A DNA stretch of 64,000 bases from assembly GCF_001194135.2 (NCBI RefSeq), contig NC_068983.1, positions 156,299,991 to 156,363,990 on the forward strand, read 5' to 3'. A program made the translations under genes and the position numbers. The stretch's first letter is position 1. Every line of letters starts with the position of its first letter. Source of the stretch: Octopus bimaculoides. Its lineage: Eukaryota. Below the pieces are notes generated by a model. That model was not told the origin of the DNA, ran no database searches, and saw only the letters and a list, made by a program, of their open reading frames with translations. This document shows positions 11,472 to 25,224 of the stretch, piece after piece.

Positions 11472-11665
11472 CGACACTACCGACACTACCACCACCGACA
11501 CTACCACCACCGACACTACCACCACCGCCACTATCATCTTCTTCCTCCTAATCACCATCATCATCATCATCATCCTCATCATCATCATCATCACCATCAT
11601 CATCACCATCATCATCATCATCATCATCATCACCACCATCATCATCATCATCATCATCATCATCC

Positions 11666-11702
<37 letters not shown>

Positions 11703-11830
11703 CATCATCATCATCCTCATCATCATCATCATCCTCATCATCATCATCATCATCATCATCATCACCACTAGCACTGCTACTGTCGTCATCATCAGCAGCA
11801 GCAACTGCATTCTCATCATCACGTCATTGT
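11472..11830. repeat. Compound array: 3 x 15-bp CGACACTACCACCAC, then a long imperfect (CAT)n
   Basis: Direct inspection; source of the poly-Met and poly-Ile ORF artefacts. Confidence 0.95.
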
Positions 11831-14800
11831 CAACAATATTGATGAAAACCATGTGAGTAATGGTGATAAGAATGTTAATGATAACAATGATGATGTTAAT
11901 AATAATAATTATATTCTTTATTGAATTTTCGCTTATTTGTTTGTTTTTATGTTTTCGTTGTTTTGTTTACTTTAATTTAAGTTAATATCTCTCGGTTTTC
12001 TTTTCATATAGTCTTTTCTTGGAAAACGTTTGAGTCAAAAGTTTTTTTCAGAAAAGTGAACTTTGGAAATAATTTTCCCAGACCGATGATAAATTATCTA
12101 TAGCCGACGTTTTATCAATCAATATAATGCGATAGAATTTAAATAATAGAATTCCACAAAGTTGACAAAAAGACAAGAACAAAACAAAGACATTTTAGTC
12201 CTATAGCAACGACAACAACAACAAATATAATCATTATACGAAGCCAGGAATGATAAAAATAAAACAATGAAAGAAAGACGAAAAATGAAACAATAAAACT
12301 CCAGAACAGTAACGCTAAAAGTATCTCTAAACCGTATAAACAACTTCAACATAAAGAAATAAAAGAAAGATTAGCAACAATAACAACAAGCAACACTGAA
12401 AGCAATCCCTGGAAATTGATATTTTTATTCAACGAAGTATTTTCATTTGCATTCATTCTAAATTATATTTATTTACCATTTCTACTTTTTATACATTTCT
12501 TTTCTTTATTTTCTTAGCAAAAACAAGGTTTTAGCATTGTATAAATATATTCTTTGTTAGATATTCTTTGATTGGAATGTTCGGCTTTAAATTCACAATT
12601 ATTTCATTGTTTTGTTTGTTTCTATTGTTGTTTGTTATTTATTGTCTTGGTTTATGTCACACAGAAACTATACTTACGTGATCTGCATGGAACAAGTATT
12701 GACTTATTGACGAAAAAATAATCTTCCAAAATCAAAGTGATTTGCAAATAACAAGATCGAAATACTAATTCACGAACCGCCAACTTTCTACAAGGTGTGA
12801 TATTTTATTAGTTTCCTCTTCTCCCTCGTTATTTATTATCCATCTCTGAATTATTTTTTTCTAGCACTTAATCATAAATGTACGAATTAGTATTCTGACT
12901 TCATACTGTTTATATAAATAATAGCTCAGAATAAATCTACTAAAATCTTGTCGGTTTATACCACTGTTGTGTATATATCGCCATCATTATGAAGTGCTGA
13001 GGGTTATCAAAAATTATAAAAATACGAAGAAAAAATTTGTAGGAATACCAGCTGTCCTTTTGGGTAAAATACGTAATACTGTATGAGATACAATTAATTC
13101 GTCTATGTAGTACAGAGAGCGTTTTACTGACGGAGATTTTGCGGGCACCGATTATTGAATCGAGAAGCAATTAATGTATAAATCTCGCAAAGAAGTCCAA
13201 AACAGTTGCGAGATCACAACAATTAAGAACAACTAATGAGGATGCCCTACCCTGCAGCTTCCCTTCTTTGCAATAACTGCTGATTTTCCCATAAATCACA
13301 TTTGCATTTTTTAAACAGGAAAGGATACATGAGACACTCTATATCTGATATACAAAGATGGAATCATCACAGCTGGTACATATGTTATAAGTGTGTTCGA
13401 TCAGAGTTGAACATGAGCTGAACAAAAACAATACCACCTAACAGACAGGGTTTTATAGCTGCACATATCAAGGTGATCTGCGAGTAGCAGCAATCAATTC
13501 TCCTTAAATCACATTTTGCTATCTTACATACAGAAAGAAAAGAAATATTACACGACACACCCTGTTTACAATGAGACTCAGTTCTCGTGCTGAAATGCTT
13601 TTTTATCCCAGTTCCGTTCGTTCAGAACTGATTTGTACCTAATCAATTGCAAAAATCAGCAATAAATCACCAAACCGACCCCTTTTACCTTGAAATTTAA
13701 TTGTCTCTAGCCCAACTTGAAATGAGACTGTGTTACCTTTGCAAAATAAATTTACAAGTTCAACAATGTAGATTTTGCACTACAGATTTAAACAAATGAT
13801 TGTAATACTGAAAAACATTGAATAGTTTGGTACGTAAGATGGTGTTGAAATGTTGTAGAAGTCTAAAAGCCAAAAAATTGCCAAAGGGCCTCCGGTTGTA
13901 AAAGTGTTTTGTGGATAGGAGATACTGATATAATAAATATTAGGAAAATATATAGGGAAACAAAAGGAAAATGCCGGAAAAAATAAAAACAGGAATACTA
14001 CATGAGAGAAAACTACATTAATACAACAGGTTTAAAAGAAAGAAACTGTAATAGTAAAATAAAGACATCAATGAAAAGATAAGCCATAAAATAATGACAT
14101 AACCTAAGACATAAAGCAGCAGCAAACGGTGGGATAAATAACAGTACGAAATAACAAAGAAAAAAATCTTTCTATAAAACTAAATGAAAGAGAGCAATAA
14201 AACACGACAGACCGTCAGCAATGAAACGACGAAGAAACAAGGATTATATAATGCGAGAGTATTCAACAAAACAGCTCATACACAAAATAAGGAAACTATG
14301 ACAAAGCTCTATAAATAATAGATCAGATCCATCATCGATTCTGTCATTCCTACGGAAGATTTTAACTTCACAACAAAGCACAATAAATTTGCAACCCATG
14401 AAAAGAATGCTCTTAGCCGTATAATATGTACCATAAACTTTTTTTTTACCTTTCAAACACAACACCTACATTCCACCAGATATACGTAAGCAGAAAATAT
14501 GTGGATAGGAAGTACGTTTAGATATGCAAGAAAAAATGTTTTACAACTGAAATTGCAACCGGCTTAAACAAAATTCTAGATACACTAATACATCAACATT
14601 TCAGAACATTACATTGACATCATCGTAAGTATTTTCTAGTAACTTTCACTAACACATGTATACTTATATAAAAGTATGTTCCAATTTATTGATAAATATA
14701 CGTCAGAGTACAGCTACTTCTGATCCCCACCCAACCTACAGAGTTCCAAAGCCATTTTGCTTTGACTGAGTTCACCAAATCCACCCCGTTCCAAATAGTA

Positions 14801-17800
14801 TTTTTTTAGATAGTTAATACTGGTCTAGATGAGAGCTGTGAATTTAATTAAAATCGTAAAGGTAATGGATTCCTCCATACAAAGTTCTTTTTCACGAAAT
14901 CTAGGATCTCTTTTACTGGAGATACATTTGTCACTGGAGATGGTCTTCGTTTTCGGGTAATTGTGCACAGTTCTGTCCTTCCCATTTCCTGATCTCCACT
15001 TTTAAAAGCGGATAATGTGGTTCACCTACCAAAGCTGCCTTCCTTAAGATTTACTTCCAATTGTTGGTATTTCCATTTAATTTTATGACCTTCAGATAGT
15101 AAGCCATAAGAGGGATGCCACAGGTGCAACAGCAATGCCGTCTATCCTGGATGACCACTCTTAAGCCGCTGAAGGGGAACACTCTGTAGTTGTATGGTGC
15201 TTTTGCGGGACATGAGGGCTTATATATCAATGATAACCACATTCTTGCATAGGTCACCGAAGGTTACATCAGCACGTCCGATATTGTGCTACAAAAGTGA
15301 TTACGAGTCAGAGACAGACGTCGTTTCCTCGATGTTAGGCTAGTGACTTTTATGTATTTTCTTTAACTCACGAGCACTTGTATTTTGTGCTGTATGAGCT
15401 TGGCTTTTCTCTGTTCTCTATTTATTTCAAAATTCAACGCATATGGTACCATCCACTCTCACTCTCGAATGAAGAGGCTTTCATTCCACTTTTCTACAAA
15501 AACACCTGCTGATTCCTTTGAACAAGCAAGGAAATTATCCGTTAACTTTCTCTTCCCTCGCATCCGGATAATGTTTTTCAGATAGAGAAGCATTCTTCCT
15601 ATGAAGTAACTGCTTGTATGCATTTGTCCTTTCCATGAAATGCAATGTCTAAGAATTCTATACAGGGAACACACTTGTGAATGATCTTCTGATAGTTTTA
15701 GTCGCATAAACATTGTTTCAGATAGTACATGATTGTGTGCAGATGCTTTATTCTTTGAGCTGTCACTCTTAGTTTTCAATGCAAGGTAACTTCTTACTGT
15801 ATTTTTATCTGTATATTTTCTTTGTATAATTAGCACTCGTCGTTTTAACTTATAATTTTTATGTTTATTCAATTGGGCGCTTACTTTATTTCTTATTTGC
15901 TACTACTATTCTCCCAATCAACTATTCTTGATTTTCCATTCAGCGAAACCTTGTGGAATTTTGAGTAACTGAAATATTTACAAAATAGAAAGTTAATATC
16001 TAGGGATAAATTTTAATTTGTCCGTCATTGGTTAATCAGGGTGGACACACAATTTTTCCAATGCTTGTTTAAATACCATCCACCAAACAAAAGTTTCTTT
16101 CTACATGAAAGAAAATGGAAGTAAAACAACAATACCTGGAGAATGAAGTGAAAACATCCGCTCAAGCCAAACATAGAGACAACAGCTACCCATTTAAATG
16201 GTGGAACTTCACTCTTAATTCTAAAAAAGGTCTAAATACAAACAAAATTAATATGCTTCCATATAGTTGCATATTTTACAACTATACTCAACACAGACAA
16301 CGAAAGTTCCCTACAAAACAGATATAATATCTGTAAAGAAAAGAGCTGACATAAAATAATAAATTAACCACATTCTCTACTAAATTATCGAGGTACTTTA
16401 AGAAGATGTGTACAGACACCATAAAAACCTATACCCAAAATAATCTGAACATGAAAAATAAAGTATACACGATACGAAAATTCAAATGACAAACAAAAAC
16501 AAGTGTAAATAGCGAGTTAAAACATTAAAGTTATTAATTACTGAGAATGAGAACATCGAAGAAAATCATAGAAAGAGACAAACAAGCTAAAACAGTGAAA
16601 ACAGCATAATATCTGATCATACCACTGACCAACGAAGTAAAATAAAAGCAATAAATTCGAAAAGAAATATAAAAAGAAATGTGAAAAGATTTAATGATAT
16701 AACATTCAGAATATGCATATTATATGAATATGACAATGATCTAAAATTGGAAATAATTAAAAAGATTTAAATCGATAAAAGAGCTGCCTATGGAACACAG
16801 ATTCTTCCCAAAATAAACTTAACAATAAAAATGCGTTAACCTGACCAACATAGATTTAGTAAAGTCCGGTACGGAGATATCACCAGAACTAAACAAAAGC
16901 TTTACATAGCAACCATAATAATTACAAAGAAGTGGTTACTGCCTGAAACAAATACTCATACAGGAATTTTAAATCCATGTATATGAGGCAAAAATAAAAA
17001 GAACATAATAATAAAAGTAAAAAAGAAATCTCAATTCTATATGAAATCAACGAGGAAACGATACAAGTAAGATAATAAAACCCAGAGACAAATCTTACAG
17101 GCATCCAATGTAAAAAGTTCAAAGATATATACCAGAAATCAAAGAATGCCGATAACAAGAATCCTTGCTAAATCCCATAACTCATCATTAGGAAAAGTGA
17201 CAATAATTCTTTGAACCAACAGATAATTCGTATCCAAACCAAAGCGATTTTATCAAAATCAGAAAACTTAAAAATAGCAATTAATGTTGTGTAAAGAGGA
17301 GTTTGAAGAGTTAAAATGTATAGAAATCACGACGAATGTGCAAAAATTATAACTTCCAAATTTGAATATATTTGAGAAATAATAAAATGCAACGTCTTAT
17401 TTTTACTATTAATGCTGCTAATGCCACTTGAGTCAATGTACCTGCATGTATTCCTGCCATCCCTGTCTATTTTGTGCATCTGTTTCGTTCTCTTCTTATT
17501 TGACATATATTTCTTTCTTCATTGTACTGATATTCTCTACTATGTAGGCTTTCTACGGTGCCTGACTGTCCATTTTCCTACTGAACATATTTACTAATCT
17601 TCAGGCAGGTACCGAAGCACACGTACTATACATTACTTTTGTTACATCCAAAATCACAAAATTCTACCATTCCATCCCCAATATTCTTCATAACACGAAA
17701 ACAATTAGTTATAATTTAACTGCTATGCTATGACTCCATCCCATCTATAAATATAAATCATTATTTTTTTATGAGTTGACAATCTATGCGATTCCTATAC

Positions 17801-18710
17801 ATCTGAAACAAAACCATTGCTACATTCGTGTTTTGAAATATTTAGTTGAGTTTAGTTTCTAAAAACCCCATCGTTGATTTTAGCATTTCTAAAATAAGTA
17901 AACTGATTTGAATTTTCCAGTGTGAGCTCATTCAATGACGAATTTCTTTTATCGGCTTACTTGGCATTTATGACTTTAGTTTCATGGATTTGTATTTTTT
18001 CATATCGATAGGTTTGCCTGTTTCATCAAAATTGTTTATAATTCATTACATATTTGATGTTTCGTTACTAAATAATGCATTGTTATCACTAAAATGCAAA
18101 TTCGCCGCATACGTCTTTAAATATTTTCAATTCTTTCTGTTCCAACTCCGATTATATTTTTCACGTATTTTGTTATTAGGTGGAGAATATAAGTGGCCGC
18201 AAAAAATATAACGGGTATTCTCTCCCAAATATGAAAGTCATCTCTTAGATTTCTTTGGTAACATAGTGTGTATGTTGTTCTAACATATTTGTTCGATATC
18301 TTTTAGATAGCCATAATTCTGACAAACTATAGAAACATAGCATCTTTCTACCTGTGCCAACAACAGAAAAATTTGAGAAATAATCTTAAATACCAGCACT
18401 TCAACAAATCTGAGAAATAATAAGAAAGCTATATCTAGCTTAAACAAGTCTACTAATTAACTGAACAGTGCTGGGAAGTGACAAAATCCAAAACTTCCAT
18501 TGAAAAATGTAAAGATCTCACGTATATTTACTGATCAAGATCGAAAGTGAATAGTTTGCCGGAAGGTAAATTTTTCACCACCAAGTCTAAAGACAGACCG
18601 ACACCTTAGGTCCTACATATTTAAATGAAATACTGACTTATAGATCGGAATAAAATAAAATACTTCAATTAAAATAAAGGACAGTTCACCGCCGATGTAA
18701 TAGACCCCGT

Positions 18711-18880
18711 GAATTTTTCCTTTCTGTATAACAAGATGAAGCTATTGCACTTCAGTCTATCTCTCATAGCATCTTTTTTTTTTGACAGTAACGATATCCA
18801 TATCTTTAAACACTGTACCCACTTCAATTGTCCTACTACATTTCAACACTATTTGCAATTTCTCAGATCCACCTCGGCAG
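18711..18880 (-). pseudogene. Highly decayed RTE-clade LINE RT fragment
   Basis: Minus translation GGSEKLQIVLKCSRTIEVGTVFKDMDIVTVKKKDAMRDRLKCNSFILLYRKEKF resembles the RTE RT N-terminal pattern GG...LKCW..G..P.DFKDA.IVT.YKKKGDR.DC.NYRGISLL...K.F. Confidence 0.35.
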
Positions 18881-21774
18881 AACCTCCGTCTTTCAACTCG
18901 GATGAATGCTGCAAGAGTGAACACCTATGCCTCATTGAGTGATTTGTATCTTACCGAGTCACTCAGTATTTTCACTTCCTCGGATGCAGCTATGTGATGT
19001 TCGTATTATCCGTCCACGTCTGTTGTAACTCATCTTGAAATGGAAACTAGTGCTATATGTATCGTCCGTCACAATATATCTTTGTTCTCTGTGCTTTCTT
19101 TCCATATTCTGATTCATTGAACTTTCATGTATATGTGTGTCACATTTTAACTTGTAATATTTCTCTATTCAACCTAATAAATATCCGACCTAAATATGTT
19201 TCGAAAATTCTATTGCAACTTGATCAAAGTAAGATTAATATATGTTTTTTAAATATGACATTCTTTTCAAAGCGTCATTAGCCAACAGTTATTTTAGAAA
19301 CGTTTTCGTTTATAAGTTCCCAAGATCACCGTAACTGGATATTTCCTTTTTCTTTTTTTCTCTTTATTTTCTCTCTTCTTTTTTTTTTTTGGCAGAACAG
19401 TACTCTTATCTTTCTCGATTCTGGTCGGAAGTAACAAATCAAAAATATTAATGATTGAATTGTGTGCCGTAAATCCTATTGTAGTTGTTAGCTATATCAA
19501 GTTACTCAACAGCAATCATATATCTTAACAAATTTTAGGCACTTTCTAAGTCATCAATATTTACGAACCCAATCAAAAGAAAAATTCATTGAAAGCGTGA
19601 AAGAAAAGATATTCTAGCGGCACCCTGGTTTGATGGAGATCGTAGATTACACTGTAAAAAAAAAATAATACCTTACTTCTGGAAAAAGTCTCCTTCCCAT
19701 GCACAAGAAAAAGAAACTATACGACTTTGATCATACTTCAGATTGGGTCTTAAACAGGTCTCTGTTCTCTATTACTTTATTACTTAGTGAAGGCGTTGTT
19801 TGATGTTTTGTTTTGTTTATTTACTCAGAAAGAAGCTTACTGATGGTGCTCCACCTGCTTACCATTAAGATTCTAACTAATTTCAACTTAGGGATAAGTT
19901 GAAAGAGAAGTTTATGGATTATTTTATTGTTTCGCTAATTTGCAATAAATTTGCAAGCATGTTGTGTTTTTCACGTAAGTAGACTTTAAACACTCCTCCT
20001 ATAAAGTTACAAAGGAACTGGAGTTTCCTTCCATACTAATATCACTTCTGCGACGATGAGCCTCACATTATTTTATGCATGTATAACTCTAGGTAGCTTC
20101 TGATTCTTTCTGCGGCCTCAGAATCACAAATTAAATATTCATCATGTAGTAGTCTTCTCAAATTGTTTATATTGAAGTCCTCAATGTCGTAAAATCTTTG
20201 TTTTATATATCATCGGATTGCCATTCCTCTGATCCCGAGATATTCTTTATCTTTCTGAAAATATCTAAGATATCTTTTTCGCCTAAAAAGCCGTGATAGG
20301 ATTTTTACTGAACTTTCTGCACGTGTGAAATATTGCATAATTAATGCAAACTGGTGAGTATTACTTGACATTCCATGCATCTTCCTATACATACATAAAG
20401 TCCCCTTGTCTTATTGAATTTTAAGACTAATTATCTTTACCTATTTGCTCACACAAGTCTTTTACATGTAATATCACATTTGTTATAGGAAATATTATGC
20501 CAATTAATGCCATACATAATTCAATAACCGACCAGAATTTAACACTTTCAAAGTATTTGAACACATGCTTCAAAGTTTGTATATTTCTCTTATTTTTTTA
20601 TATATTTCGTTATAAATCTTATCACGATTGTCGCCATTTTTCATGCATTCAGTGACACAGAAACACTCGGAAATCTACATTATATTTTTATATTCTTTTT
20701 ATACCTATTACACTCTGTCTTCAAGTAGTTGACGGCGACGAGTCAATGCTAGAACTGTTGTTGCTATTTCGGTAATTGTTCTTAATACACAAAAGATTTG
20801 CATTTTCTATAAATAGCAACACTAATAACAACAACCATAACATCAAAAAAAAGAAGATGAAGACGAAGAAAAAGAAGAAGAGAAAGAAGAAGCGGCAACA
20901 ACAACAACAACAACGACGACGATTATTACTACTACTACAACAACAAGAATAAAACAGAAATCTGAACCGTTAAAACATTTCAATTATTCATTTATTTATT
21001 AATTTAAAATAAGAAAAGCTAATTAGTTAGTATAAAGAAAAGTTTCTACTTCAGCTAAATTGAGATTCTTAAAGAAGCAAACTTTGAATACAACCAAAAT
21101 TATAACTAAAATATGAGAAGCACAATTGAAAATTGAATAGTTATCGATTTTGAACCGAAACAAAGAAAAATCAGAACGAAATGAGACGCCTTTAATTATT
21201 TTTCATCCATTCATTCGTTAGGCGGGTGACAAAAACAAAANNNNNNNNNNNNNNNNNNNNNNNNNNNNNNNNNNNNNNNNNNNNNNNNNNNNNNNNNNNN
21301 NNNNNNNNNNNNNNNNNNNNNNNNNNNNNNNNNNNNNNNNNNNNNNNNNNNNNNNNNNNNNNNNNNNNNNNNNNNNNNNNNNNNNNNNNNNNNNNNNNNN
21401 NNNNNNNNNNNNNNNNNNNNNNNNNNNNNNNNNNNNNNNNNNNNNNNNNNNNNNNNNNNNNNNNNNNNNNNNNNNNNNNNNNNNNNNNNNNNNNNNNNNN
21501 NNNNNNNNNNNNNNNNNNNNNNNNNNNNNNNNNNNNNNNNNNNNNNNNNNNNNNNNNNNNNNNNNNNNNNNNNNNNNNNNNNNNNNNNNNNNNNNNNNNN
21601 NNNNNNNNNNNNNNNNNNNNNNNNNNNNNNNNNNNNNNNNNNNNNNNNNNNNNNNNNNNNNNNNNNNNNNNNNNNNNNNNNNNNNNNNNNNNNNNNNNNN
21701 NNNNNNNNNNNNNNNNNNNNNNNNNNNNNNNNNNNNNNNNNNNNNNNNNNNNNNNNNNNNNNNNNNNNNNNNNN

Positions 21775-21806
<32 letters not shown>

Positions 21807-22192
21807 AATAGTTGTACAGCAAGGTACAAATGTTTGCTGGGAATAGCATTCGATAACTGTACGGTGCTATGCAAAGCTTCAATGAATGTATACTGTCAAA
21901 GATGTGTACGGGCAGCGAATATAAAAATTTTCGCCTTACCTCTACGAAGAACACTGGATAGATGCACAACCTAGAATGGATAATCTAGTACTCGAGTTTC
22001 GGACTGTCCTAATACGCCTGTTATCGTAAAATCGGTTAGTTTGAACCCTTAGCCGTAAACAGAACCAAGATCAGTGCAAACGTTTTATATAAAAATTATA
22101 AATATTGTTGCAATACAACGGTATTATTTTCCAGCTAAATAAAGCACAGTAAAAGTAGAATTTAAATCGGAAATAGTGGCAAAACGTACATA

Positions 22193-22229
<37 letters not shown>

Positions 22230-22280
22230 TGTGTGTGTAGATTACATACATAATATACATATTATGTATGTAATCTAGAC

Positions 22281-22328
22281 GGAGACTTAGTTGTGCGGTA
22301 AGAAGCTTGTGTCCCAACCACATTGTTC
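22281..22328 (+). mobile_element. SINE family B head fragment
   Basis: GTTGTGCGGTAAGAAGCTTGTGTCCCAACCACATTGTTC resembles the 34921-34965 head. Confidence 0.6.
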
Positions 22329-22330
22329 AT

Positions 22331-22533
22331 GGGATTGCACCTAGGAAGTTCCCTTCCGAAGTACAAGTCCGGGCAAAGTTGTTTATTGAAGACCGGCAAT
22401 CACCCATGCATACTAGCCTCCCCTCTCCTCGCCCCTGATATTATTCAAGGGAAGGGCAAAGGCTTGCAATAGTGACGTTGCCACTCATTTCTAAACCTGG
22501 CTGAACTGGTTCATCGTGAAATAAAGTTTCTTG
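22331..22533 (-). mobile_element. Diverged SINE (family F), body and 3' part, fused tail-to-tail with a family B head
   Basis: rc begins CAAGAAACTTTATTTCACGATGAACCAGTTCAGCCAGGTTTAGAAATGAGTGGCAAC, resembling the central segment of the SINE at 24691-24952; family assignment partly from recall. Confidence 0.5.
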
Positions 22534-22726
22534 TTTGTTCATCTGTAAGTTTGTTCCCACCACCTCTTATCAAATCTAATTCATTTCTTTACGTCTGTGA
22601 ACTTTACCGATACCAGACATAAAAATAAACACTTGGTTCGGTTTTCTCTACTAAACCCTTCAACATGTAGCGCAAGTACAGCCGCAGTCTAATGAGTGAA
22701 ACAAGAGGATACGCACGCACACACAA

Positions 22727-22757
<31 letters not shown>

Positions 22758-23663
22758 CCTATATATATATATATATATGTNNNNNNNNNNNNNNNNNNNN
22801 NNNNNNNNNNNNNNNNNNNNNNNNNNNNNNNNNNNNNNNNNNNNNNNNNNNNNNNNNNNNNNNNNNNNNNNNNNNNNNNNNNNNNNNNNNNNNNNNNNNN
22901 NNNNNNNNNNNNNNNNNNNNNNNNNNNNNNNNNNNNNNNNNNNNNNNNNNNNNNNNNNNNNNNNNNNNNNNNNNNNNNNNNNNNNNNNNNNNNNNNNNNN
23001 NNNNNNNNNNNNNNNNNNNNNNNNNNNNNNNNNNNNNNNNNNNNNNNNNNNNNNNNNNNNNNNNNNNNNNNNNNNNNNNNNNNNNNNNNNNNNNNNNNNN
23101 NNNNNNNNNNNNNNNNNNNNNNNNNNNNNNNNNNNNNNNNNNNNNNNNNNNNNNNNNNNNNNNNNNNNNNNNNNNNNNNNNNNNNNNNNNNNNNNNNNNN
23201 NNNNNNNNNNNNNNNNNNNNNNNNNNNNNNNNNNNNNNNNNNNNNNNNNNNNNNNNNNNNNNNNNNNNNNNNNNNNNNNNNNNNNNNNNNNNNNNNNNNN
23301 NNNNNNNNNNNNNNNNNNNNNNNNNNNNNNNNNNNNNNNNNNNNNNNNNNNNNNNNNNNNNNNNNNNNNNNNNNNNNNNNNNNNNNNNNNNNNNNNNNNN
23401 NNNNNNNNNNNNNNNNNNNNNNNNNNNNNNNNNNNNNNNNNNNNNNNNNNNNNNNNNNNNNNNNNNNNNNNNNNNNNNNNNNNNNNNNNNNNNNNNNNNN
23501 NNNNNNNNNNNNNNNNNNNNNNNNNNNNNNNNNNNNNNNNNNNNNNNNNNNNNNNNNNNNNNNNNNNNNNNNNNNNNNNNNNNNNNNNNNNNNNNNNNNN
23601 NNNNNNNNNNNNNNNNNNNNNNNNNNNNNNNNNNNNNNNNNNNNNNNNNNNNNNNNNNNNNNN

Positions 23664-23731
<68 letters not shown>

Positions 23732-24577
23732 GATAGATAGATGGATAGATAGATAGATAGAAAGATAGATAGATGGATGGATGGATGGACGGATGGATGG
23801 ATGGATACATGGATAGACTCACACACACACCCACACACAGATACACACATACATATGTATAAATATATATATGCGGAGAGAAAGAAAGAGTGAGAGAATT
23901 GGTCAGCAAAAGAGAAGCATTACGTAGTGCCGCAGTAAAATCTAGTCAAATCTCCCTCCAACCGCATTCTGGTGTCTGCCAAATAATAAGGCCGATTGTC
24001 TGACTTGTGATGCCTTTGATCATCCGTATACGCGATCATAACTGGTCTATTACTTAACGAAAAGATTTGATATATACGTGCCCAATACAGGTGATTAAAT
24101 AACGATTTATAAACGTCATTTAATTATAATCTTGATTATAATTAAATTTAACTCGTATAAATGGCAAGTAGATTTCTGCTATTGGTATATATTCGATTTT
24201 CATTATCAACTGCAGTTTGAAGAATATTACAATTCTTTTTAATATGGAATCATTGGAACAACTAGCGATGGAATACAAATCTAAAATCGTAATTTATTTG
24301 GGGATGTAATCAGCAACGTTCATACGAAACCTACTGATATTGTGTCTCCATAGTTTTTATCGAGTAAAAATAAAGTGTTTTCAATTGTCTATAGAATTCT
24401 TTGTTTTGTACATTCCATTCATTATCGATTTATACCTTTCGAGAGAAAATAAATATTTACATTAGAAACATTTAAAATTAACTTAATGGGTTTTAAAAAA
24501 TAATAGAATCGGTTTTCTTCTCATAATACCAAGCTCCTCAATACATATCAGTCTTCTTATATACACATGTATGTATG

Positions 24578-24614
<37 letters not shown>

Positions 24615-24690
24615 GCATATATGTGTGCATGTATAAATATATGCATGTGTGTGTGAGTATGTGTTTGTACGTGTAAGTTGGCAATATATA

Positions 24691-24952
24691 ACTGGCACTC
24701 TTTCAGTTATGACGACGAGTGTTTCAGTTGAGCCGATCAACGGAACAGCCTGATTGCGCAGTTAATGTGCCAGTGGATGAGCACTCCACAAACACGGGAA
24801 ATTCAATTTGAAACGGACTGTGACGAGGCTGGTCCAGGCGCAACTCATTTTTGCCATGTGAACTGGAGTAAAGGATAACACGCACCGCCAGGTGTCGAGC
24901 TCATGACCTTACGATCGTGTGTCGAATGACCTAACCACTATACCACGCGCCT
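24691..24952 (-). mobile_element. tRNA-derived SINE (family E) with internal deletions; 3' half shared with family D
   Basis: rc head GGCGCGTGGTATAGTGGTTAGG...GAGCTCGACACC (A/B-box-like). 24691-24800 aligns to 53368-53475 (TGGCACTC...TGA.CCGATCAAC.GAACAGCCTG...AGTGG.TGAGCACTCCACA.ACACG). Confidence 0.75.
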
Positions 24953-25174
24953 TCGCTATGTAAGTAAAATACGATTTTTTTCCCCACAACCTGCTTTCTA
25001 AAGGTAACAGTAGAAAGTATTGCAGCACTTAAAATAACCAAATAAATAATTTATTTAAAACGCAGTAATAAAAATACATATATTTAATATATTATTATAT
25101 ATATTTTAGGTAGGACAAGCATTATCTGATATCGAAATTATTATGTTGACTAGAGTGGACATATTTATATATAG

Positions 25175-25219
<45 letters not shown>

Positions 25220-25224
25220 TGTGT

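Noticed and set aside
11448-11856. 134-aa poly-Met and poly-Ile ORFs
   Set aside because: Products of the (CAT)n array; no splice or domain support.
13270-13520. Two short similar segments (TAAATCACATTT core)
   Set aside because: Probably remnants of an old repeat; too diverged to delimit or classify.
14830-15330. LINE 5' UTR/ORF1 start on the minus strand (TRKRRPSP...)
   Set aside because: GC-elevated and suggestive, but no diagnostic motif and no second copy in the window.
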